Below, in pieces: positions 57,601-64,000 of a stretch of 64,000 nucleotides of DNA. The notes beneath the pieces are model-generated. The model was not told where the DNA came from. It worked only from the letters and a program-made list of their open reading frames with translations, and searched no databases. Both the position numbers and the translations under genes were made by a program. How positions within the stretch are numbered: position 1 is the stretch's first letter; every line of letters begins with the position of its first letter. The stretch comes from a virus. The stretch is taken from positions 9,566 to 73,565 of IMG/VR virus record IMGVR_UViG_3300046698_000515; one strand, given 5' to 3'.

Positions 57601-58332
57601 GCTCAAAATTTATTTGATAATTTTATTGGACAATCAGTAGGAGATAATAATGCTGATGCTACAACACTAGGTAAACTTATCTATGAAAGAATAGCAAATT
57701 TTCCAAGTAATATAGCTGATGTTGATACTTGTGATGTTACTGCATTATATGCATTATGTGATGAATTAAATATTCCAATTGATAATTATCAATTTTTATT
57801 TCCTGCAAATTTAAAACGTATTTTTAATTTAGTTTCAATAAAACATAGTAAACTTTGGGGTGATCGAAATAAATTTAATCGAAATTTTAAAAACAATTTT
57901 TCACAAAATACTAACTACGCAAAAAATATTGGACCTCAGATTGATGTATTAACTTATACTGTATCTGCTGGTACAAATTTAGTATTTAATCAATTATTTG
58001 ATAATGAATTTAAATTAATAACCACCATGGTTTTAAATGCATATGTATCAGGTGGTGCAACATATACCTATCCATTAAGTACATATAATCAAAATTGGGG
58101 CTGGGGATTAGAAAATGGAATAACGGGTCCTGAAATAGTAAAATATTATAACGTTTATGAGTATGTCCCTACTTATGAAAATAGCCAAGAAGAAGGAGTT
58201 ATTGATTGGCAAAATCCTTTAAATAATTTAGTAGAAACTGCTAGTGGAATAGATGTTTGGTTAAAGGATGATGGGATTGTAGATACCCTGTTAGATTATC
58301 AAATTCGTAAAGGGTTACGAATGTTTATTTAA
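54670..58332 (+). CDS. large baseplate/tail protein (PKD plus beta-propeller repeats)
   Basis: WDFGDG..HVY.WPG.YTV PKD motif; repeated D..N.IWV blades. Confidence 0.75.
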   Translation: MSTATISPGLAGYTGNISVFQFTSYLDPSSDQTRVLWDFGDGTYSTTPVASHVYNWPGIYTVNLTTYGSGGTVYQNTFTQNISIQNLIPDIITVSPNIIINIPAGRLSLPLYATRQNSWQSYPAVSADGYTFNFFVSGSLSNKLNLNNLPTSKWAHIDRTWRFVVSATTLDGDIQYLPVDNIVTSNTEIYYKNVNQQNVNQQPVRCNATDLSAVFVGTSGIATFYYIDDTPKNYDSTVPPVFFYISLDTTKFPDSYQVITSQIAQNTFYPELELFQHIKGVISARIRYNAAGELIFTSCGLTEIPISQHKWQNTEIPFFINFVDETGAIVVNYPPLTINTNSQSSSALDVVNLQLVDSNYNPISADFFTTVDEQLPPSISGTFRGYFIPYEIADGATLLGSVTVFNPPSIQFDTTVGWVAYPDTDTIFKVTSEESSFYTYTSAGPQLNLSKQETDTYTSNKLESILAIAVAPSASPDISVDPYIWLGDSNSDTLIKFSTQGQILNTISLDTLLNANSDDKFSPSYISLDVNNNIWVTLYDHAETIKIDVNTGNLLLTVVPSVTNVSFTSANITNTFGGSNLVEPGIVDVDLENNPWICYTHPLCAFIEKYDGTTGSILSTYPLPQGVSPTDMVIDQFNNVYVIAGFFTSINPETFTIVSPITAQKLLKVNDNFGQFQFTFNTSISSFLTSGYHYTFTANNLSDSYYNGTHLVESISGNSITVEPHPMAYEFASTVSVSVSSFNPLLSASQGTLSSTFTCSDRLYKITPNGVMNMIDGFYAPSYITVDISQNVWISHCLTRISKVNVNTNYISTNFTVGSTEYVLETVQESNYIINDPTNFLIRLLVDNPHDRVFQHIEGITCDTFGILWVINDFEGRMYYIPTDNLTISATITTDFPPPLSGDYDFLTRKTYQAFGDWNGMRWINKYSGVETIQTLSGSTTFDILPASGLYTIAKINEDFDASEMYKSLRYTDRLLNAQNLFDNFIGQSVGDNNADATTLGKLIYERIANFPSNIADVDTCDVTALYALCDELNIPIDNYQFLFPANLKRIFNLVSIKHSKLWGDRNKFNRNFKNNFSQNTNYAKNIGPQIDVLTYTVSAGTNLVFNQLFDNEFKLITTMVLNAYVSGGATYTYPLSTYNQNWGWGLENGITGPEIVKYYNVYEYVPTYENSQEEGVIDWQNPLNNLVETASGIDVWLKDDGIVDTLLDYQIRKGLRMFI

Positions 58333-58773
58333 TTACCACTCTCCACTAGCTTCACCGTCAGGTTCAGATTTATCATACATGATTTCTGCTTCCCTTTGTG
58401 ATGTAGCAATACCTGCATTCCATTCTTCTGCTCCTAATGCTATTCCTGTTTTTGATTTATATATTGGTTCAATTTCTACTATATCACCATAATAAAATAA
58501 ATTTTCTTCTGCATTGTTATTTAGTTTATAAGCTTTATAATCCTCTAAACCATCTTCTATACCATGATTTGCCATTTCTACTAACACAGCAGCTATTATA
58601 AGTATGTTTTCGTTATTAGAAAATATATATGAACTTTTTGATACCCATCCTTCACCTCGTGCATAAGAATGAGCTTTGCAATACCATCTTGCCATACCTG
58701 CATTTCTTACTGGTATATTTTTAGAATATGCTTCAAGTATTAGTTGATTATCTTTTGTAGTTGCTGGTGTCAT
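58333..58773 (-). CDS. LIFEAY-like leader protein
   Basis: TKDNQLILEAY. Confidence 0.7.
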   Translation of the reverse strand: MTPATTKDNQLILEAYSKNIPVRNAGMARWYCKAHSYARGEGWVSKSSYIFSNNENILIIAAVLVEMANHGIEDGLEDYKAYKLNNNAEENLFYYGDIVEIEPIYKSKTGIALGAEEWNAGIATSQREAEIMYDKSEPDGEASGEW

Positions 58774-58774
58774 A

Positions 58775-59347
58775 TTAAATATTTATCTTTACTGGTTCTA
58801 TATACATTATACCTCGCTTGGCTCCCGTTGCGTGATCGTTATAACATACATGGTATTTATCTGTCTTTCCATAAACATTTTCAAGCAGTTGTTGTATATA
58901 ATTATAGCTAATGGGATTACCGTGATACGTATCATATCCTAGATCAAGTCGACCTGGCACTAAACAGTCGTGGATTACAAACACAGGATGGATTGAGTAT
59001 TTTGCAAATGTAAGGATTTCATCACGTAAAGGAAAATAATCATTCCAATGTGCATCTAAAAACGCTAAGATTGGCTGCTGTATCGAAGGTAGAATTCTAC
59101 CCAACACTTCAGGGCTGTTGCCTTTATGACACGTTACATTTGTCCGTTTATGTAATGTAGCCACCGCTGTCACAAAATACTCGTTATTTAACTCAATCGT
59201 ATGCACCACAGGCACCATGTAAGAAAACTTTTCAGTAGTGCGTCCAATAAATGTACCGGTTTCTATGATTGTTACAATTCGATGCAGCGCAATCAGTTCT
59301 CTGATTCTTTACTCAAAAAAGCTATCCCCGTCAAAAGCATCATACAT
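58775..59347 (-). pseudogene. class I SAM methyltransferase-like gene with in-frame TAA at 59309-59311
   Basis: MYDAFDGDSFFE*RIRE..IIETGTFIGRT..TIE..GNS..FLDAH..IHD; TATAAATA at 59391-59398 (-). Confidence 0.65.
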
Positions 59348-59432
59348 ATTGTATATGTTGATTAAATAGAATTGCTGAAGTCATATTAAATATTTATAGT
59401 ATAAAACATAAAAACAATCAATAAGTATTAAT

Positions 59433-61931
59433 ATGGCGAATTATTCAGCAACGCAAGGTTCTGTACCCGGGCAGTCATTCGGAACGCAATTAATGCGACA
59501 CGTACAGTCACGATTACCTTATCAAGGGGTAACGATGATTCAAAACCTTGAAGAGCTTAATCCTAAATATCGTGATTTCTTTAAAGTTGGCTCTCTTAGA
59601 CATGAAGCACTAGCAAAACAATCTATCTCTGGTTCAGTACCTGACGAGTTTAATAGTCCAGTTGGAGTTGGAATTGACAAAAATTATTTACAATATCTCT
59701 ATGCTAACGTAGATTCAGATAAAGCAAAGAGAATGCGTGAATATCGTGTTATGGCTGCATTTTCAAAAGTTGCGGATGCACTTGATGAAATTTGTGACGA
59801 GATTATTAACGATGATGAAAATGGTGAAATAGCAATTTTAAAACTAAAAGGAAAAGAATTTCAAACAAATGTTACTAAAGAATTAACTAAAGAATTTCAG
59901 CGTATTGTTGAATATTTTGATTTTAGTAATAAAGGTTGGGAATATTTTAGACATTTATTAGTCGATGGAGAATTATTTTTTGAACATATTATCCATAAAG
60001 ATTACAAAAATGCAGGTATTTTAGGTATTTTAAATATTCCTTGTGAGATTATTGATCCCATTTATGATAATGTTCAAAACTTTATCATAAAAGGATTCAT
60101 TCTTAAAAAGCCTGAAATTGTAGAAAATAAAGGAATGAAGCGTTCTCCTATTAATACTAAAGTTGAACTTATTCCTATGGATCGTAATCAAGTAACTTAT
60201 ATTCATAGTGGTATTTGGAATGATGATAAGACAATGCGTTTACCATTTATTGAAAATGCTCGTAGGGCATATCGTCAATTATCATTAATTGAAGATTCAA
60301 TTATAATTTATCGATTAGTTCGCGCTCCTGAACGTTTAGTGTTTGATGTTGATGTAGGAAATATGGCAGCGCCAAAAGCTGAAGCATATCTCAAAAAATT
60401 AATGCATCAATATTGGCAGAAGAAAACTTTTGATACTGGAAGTGGAACTGGAACGATTAATGCATTTAATCCACAAACAATGCTTGATAGTTTTTGGTTT
60501 GCAAAAAGAGCAGGTAGTGAAGGTACAAAAGTAACGATGTTGCCTGGTGGTTGTTTAGCAATGGATACAAGAATACCTCTATTGGATGGCAGAATTTTAA
60601 CTTTATCTGAAATGACTGAAGAATATAAAGTAGGTAAGCAAAATTGGATTTATTCATGTAATCCTAGTTCAGGTGAAATTGTACCTGGTAAGGTTAGTTG
60701 GGCTGGTGTTACACAAGAATCCGCTGATGTAATGAAACTTACATTTGATAATGAAGAAACACTTATATGTACACCAGATCATATGTTTCCTATTATTGGT
60801 AAGGGATTTGTTTCTGCTAATGAGTTAGAAGTAAATGAGAGTATGATTCCGTTTAATATAAGGGAACATAATCATCCAGCATATAAAAGTAAATCACAAT
60901 ATCATCAAATTTATCAAAATAATTCCAGAAAATGGGAATTTACACACCGTATAGTTGCAGAATTTATGAAGAAACAGAATAAACATAATGAATATGTTTA
61001 TTCTGAAAAATATAAAGATTTTAATTATACCAGCTGGGGACATTTAAGAAGAGAACATAGTCTGTTTAATCATAAAATTGTTAAAATTGAAAGGTTATCT
61101 GAGAAAATTCAGGTAGGTACGTTAACGATTGATAAGGAAGAACAGTATCATAATTTTCATACTTTTGCTCTTGATTGTGGAATATTTACAAAGAATTCCA
61201 ATTTGGGACAACTTGATGACCTCTACTATTTCGCTAAGGAACTCTATCGTTCTCTTAAGGTTCCAACTAATCGTGTTGATCCAGAAAGTCGCTTTAATGA
61301 TGGAACTGAAATTCTTCGTGAAGAATTAAAATTTGCTAAATTTATTATTCGCTTACAAAAAGCAGTTGCTACTAGCTTAAAATCAATGTATATTACCCAC
61401 CTCAAGCTAAGGGGGTTATGGGAAATATATGAATTAAAGGAAGATAATATTTTTGTTGAACTTAACCCACCTAATAATTTTTATGAGTTAAGAGAGCAAC
61501 AAAAATTTGAATTAAAAGCAAATAATTTTAATACAATGACTTCTAACCAAATGATTTCACAATCATATGCTCAAAAGAAATATTTGGGTTGGAAGGATGA
61601 AGATATTGCTGCTAATCGTGAATGGCTGAAGAAGGATGCTGCACTGAAGTTTGAATTGATGCAGACAGAAAATGCTGGACCAAATTGGAGAGCACATTAT
61701 GATCCTAATGCTGTAATGGCTGGTACAGAACCCGGAGCAGGCGGAATCCCAGGTGGAGTTCCACCGGGTGGTGCAAGTCCGTTAGGAGGAATGCTTCCAT
61801 CATTTGGCCCTCCACCTAAGGAAGGTGAGGAAGGTGAAGAAGGAGCAGAAGGTGCACCAGAGCCTGTAAGAAATACTCCTCCGTTAGGTAAGCCTTCACC
61901 TAACCAGAAGCAACCTGGTAAGAATAAGTAA
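59433..61931 (+). CDS. portal protein (T4 gp20-like) containing an intein
   Basis: ALDEICDE, LVDGELF, RQLSLIEDS.IIYRLVRAPER.VF.VDVGN, LY.SLKVP..R, REELKF.KFI.RLQ. Confidence 0.93.
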   Translation: MANYSATQGSVPGQSFGTQLMRHVQSRLPYQGVTMIQNLEELNPKYRDFFKVGSLRHEALAKQSISGSVPDEFNSPVGVGIDKNYLQYLYANVDSDKAKRMREYRVMAAFSKVADALDEICDEIINDDENGEIAILKLKGKEFQTNVTKELTKEFQRIVEYFDFSNKGWEYFRHLLVDGELFFEHIIHKDYKNAGILGILNIPCEIIDPIYDNVQNFIIKGFILKKPEIVENKGMKRSPINTKVELIPMDRNQVTYIHSGIWNDDKTMRLPFIENARRAYRQLSLIEDSIIIYRLVRAPERLVFDVDVGNMAAPKAEAYLKKLMHQYWQKKTFDTGSGTGTINAFNPQTMLDSFWFAKRAGSEGTKVTMLPGGCLAMDTRIPLLDGRILTLSEMTEEYKVGKQNWIYSCNPSSGEIVPGKVSWAGVTQESADVMKLTFDNEETLICTPDHMFPIIGKGFVSANELEVNESMIPFNIREHNHPAYKSKSQYHQIYQNNSRKWEFTHRIVAEFMKKQNKHNEYVYSEKYKDFNYTSWGHLRREHSLFNHKIVKIERLSEKIQVGTLTIDKEEQYHNFHTFALDCGIFTKNSNLGQLDDLYYFAKELYRSLKVPTNRVDPESRFNDGTEILREELKFAKFIIRLQKAVATSLKSMYITHLKLRGLWEIYELKEDNIFVELNPPNNFYELREQQKFELKANNFNTMTSNQMISQSYAQKKYLGWKDEDIAANREWLKKDAALKFELMQTENAGPNWRAHYDPNAVMAGTEPGAGGIPGGVPPGGASPLGGMLPSFGPPPKEGEEGEEGAEGAPEPVRNTPPLGKPSPNQKQPGKNK
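60552..61196 (+). mobile_element. cis intein (215 aa) in portal
   Basis: LPGG|CLAMDT..CTPDH..HTFAL..GIFTKN|SNLG. Confidence 0.9.
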
Positions 61932-61950
61932 GCTTTTACTTTATATTCAC

Positions 61951-61958
61951 TATAAATA
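61951..61958 (+). promoter_or_regulatory. T4-type late promoter
   Basis: TATAAATA 5 nt before the gp13-like ATG. Confidence 0.75.
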
Positions 61959-61963
61959 ATTGT

Positions 61964-62911
61964 ATGATTATTTGTAATGAACAGTTGACTCCGTTAAGCG
62001 CAATTAAAGGTACTTACCTAAATTCACGGATTACTTCCTATCATAGATTAGCAAAACGAATTGGATATGAATTAGGCGCTCCTCTGATTCAACTAGAAGC
62101 TCACCAAAATGTTGTGTTTGAATTTATTAGCATGGCTGTTGAGCGCTTTACGAAATATGCAGGTTATACCCAGGAATATTTAGTTTTTAATTCTGATCTG
62201 TATGAACCTGGTGTGGGTGTACCTCTTGATACTTTATTCTCTCTAACTCCCGCTATTAATGCCTTGTATACTAATTCACATTCGGAAGTGGATGATTTAT
62301 ATGTGGGTGGTTTGTCTAGTGCAAGTTTGTCAAGTCTTTCTGCGGCTGCGTATGATTATGATTTGGATTCGTATAGGAAGGTAATGGATGTTTTTAATTT
62401 TGAGGAGGGGGCTAGTTCGGGAATTAATACCCTATTTACTTTGGAACAAAGTTTAGCGCAGCAGACTTATTTTGCTTATTCACAAGGCAACTATGGTTTT
62501 GATTTATGTACGTGGTACTGTATGAAGGAATGGTTGAAGTTGAGAGAAAAGATTCTTGCTACTTTAATTGATTGGCAGTTCAATCAAGAGTCACAATACC
62601 TAAATTTAATACCTGCGCCTACTCCTGGACAACCTTACTGGGGTATAATTGGTTGTTATATAACCAAAACTATAAAAGATCTACTCAAAGAGCCCTGGAT
62701 TCAAGACTATGCCTTAGCTCTTACAAAAATAGCTGTAGCACGTACACGCGGAAAGTTTAATGGTACACAATTATTTGGTGGAGGTTCATTAGAATGGAAT
62801 ACTTTGCTAACAGAAGGAATTCAGGAGAAAAAAGATTTGGAAGAAAAATTACTTACTGGTGCATCTGCAGCCTGGGGAGATTCCGAACCGCCAAAATTCA
62901 TGATAGGTTGA
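61964..62911 (+). CDS. neck protein gp13-like
   Basis: ELGAP.IQLE, WIQDYALALTK....TRGKF....FGGG.L, PPKF.IG. Confidence 0.88.
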   Translation: MIICNEQLTPLSAIKGTYLNSRITSYHRLAKRIGYELGAPLIQLEAHQNVVFEFISMAVERFTKYAGYTQEYLVFNSDLYEPGVGVPLDTLFSLTPAINALYTNSHSEVDDLYVGGLSSASLSSLSAAAYDYDLDSYRKVMDVFNFEEGASSGINTLFTLEQSLAQQTYFAYSQGNYGFDLCTWYCMKEWLKLREKILATLIDWQFNQESQYLNLIPAPTPGQPYWGIIGCYITKTIKDLLKEPWIQDYALALTKIAVARTRGKFNGTQLFGGGSLEWNTLLTEGIQEKKDLEEKLLTGASAAWGDSEPPKFMIG

Positions 62912-62933
62912 CGGATATGATGAAAAATTTATT

Positions 62934-64000
62934 ATGAACAGCGACACCAATCTCCTCCGCGAAGCCTATCAACTCATCCTTGAATCCACTTTTGATAATG
63001 CTTATACTCATTGGAAAGCAGAAACAAATACTGACACTATTGAACAATATATTGATACATTTAAGATATTAAAACAAAGAAATTTCTTAAAAAGATCAGA
63101 AGCAGATATTTCTCCGTGGATTAAACGTCCTTTTAGTGAGTTCAAAGTATTTGTTGATGCTAAAAGTAAACAGCACGAGCAGAAAAGCGCCATCAAACGA
63201 ACAGAAGGAGATATTGAACGCGTATTTGAGAATGAATTTTGCACGATAGTTTGTCCGAATACTTTTGAAGCTTCGAAGAAATACGGAGCAGGGACGAAAT
63301 GGTGCATAAGCGGAAATGTTATTCAGCACTGGAAGAGCCATACAGAGAAGGGTATAAAATTCTACTTTATACTTCCTAAACATAACACACATAAACTAGC
63401 TGTTGCTGTTTATCCTAATAACACTTCTAAGGAAATATATGATGAATTAGATAAAGTGATTTCGGTGCAAAAATTCACTGCACTGTTAAAGCAGTATGCT
63501 ATTCCAAAGACAGTTCTCTTCACTAACGAAATGGATTGGGACAAATGGCTATTACAGCACAAGCACACTATTAATCCTGATGGAAGTGTAGATATAGATG
63601 GAGATATGAATCTATCTGAAATGAAGCTGAAGAAGCTTCCGTTTAAATTTGGAAAAGTAACAGGAAATTTTTACTGTTACAACAATCAGCTCACGTCACT
63701 TCAAGGAGCACCCTCGAAGATAAGAGGTGATTTTTGCTGTCATTACAATCAGCTCACGTCACTTCAAGGAGTACCCTCGAAGGTAAGAGGTGATTTTTAC
63801 TGTTCTTACAATCAGCTCACGTCACTTCAAGGAGCACCCTCGAAGGTAAGAGGTGATTTTTACTGTTATTGCAATCAGCTCACGTCGCTTCAAGGAGCAC
63901 CCTCGAAGGTAAGAGGTGATTTTTACTGTCATTACAATCAGCTCACGACACTTCAAGGAGCACCCTCGAAGGTAGGAGGAAATTTTTACTGTGATTACAA
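62934..64000 (+). CDS. second copy of module B (LRR protein), runs off window end
   Basis: MNSDTNLLREAYQLILE|STFDNAYTHWK..; near-identical to 44690-45800 at offset 18300; absent from the ORF track because it has no stop in the window. Confidence 0.9.
   Translation, partial: MNSDTNLLREAYQLILESTFDNAYTHWKAETNTDTIEQYIDTFKILKQRNFLKRSEADISPWIKRPFSEFKVFVDAKSKQHEQKSAIKRTEGDIERVFENEFCTIVCPNTFEASKKYGAGTKWCISGNVIQHWKSHTEKGIKFYFILPKHNTHKLAVAVYPNNTSKEIYDELDKVISVQKFTALLKQYAIPKTVLFTNEMDWDKWLLQHKHTINPDGSVDIDGDMNLSEMKLKKLPFKFGKVTGNFYCYNNQLTSLQGAPSKIRGDFCCHYNQLTSLQGVPSKVRGDFYCSYNQLTSLQGAPSKVRGDFYCYCNQLTSLQGAPSKVRGDFYCHYNQLTTLQGAPSKVGGNFYCDY
63663..64000 (+). repeat. 63-bp LRR tandem repeat, at least 5.3 copies
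   Basis: GDFYCxxNQLTSLQGAPSKVR. Confidence 0.95.

Noticed and set aside
63008-63392. Minus-strand ORFs duplicated at 44681 and 44796
   Set aside because: Antisense shadows of the duplicated + strand module
1-64000. Stop-codon reassignment
   Set aside because: Long conserved genes are intact in the standard code, all three stops are used, and no suppressor tRNA was seen. Lesions at about 3050, 8110, 16341 and 59309 are isolated and of different kinds

Overview
AT-rich segment of a large T4-like myovirus (jumbo-phage style) genome, standard genetic code. 0.1-17 kb: early/accessory genes. These include three tandem proteins sharing an HSFVDLITNSS(S/T)E motif followed by a radical SAM enzyme, a phosphoribosyltransferase, a SleB-like hydrolase, and a class II ribonucleotide reductase fractured by a split intein with a free-standing endonuclease between the halves. 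17.5-31.4 kb: an RNA island with about 30 tRNA/tRNA-like genes, tmRNA, a compact RNase P-like RNA, several unassigned structured RNAs, antisense homing endonucleases and a leader-peptide attenuator at its head. 31.4-42 kb: HNH, an EndoVII-dCMP deaminase fusion, a gp5-like spike, a 7-deazaguanine-type cluster (TGT/DpdA-like, formyltransferase, kinase, QueF) and the clamp loader. 42-64 kb: late genes (gp25, gp6, intein-containing portal, gp13 neck) plus the most unusual system. About ten unrelated proteins carry a shared MN(K/N)DSxLIFEAY leader, and others carry F..F..LLE leaders resembling T4 capsid-targeting/prohead-protease sites. Modules with these leaders are concatenated into polyproteins, and a duplicated LRR module has 63-bp repeats that vary almost only at two adjacent NNT-NNC codons. 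All calls are by eye from motifs; no database search or folding program was run.
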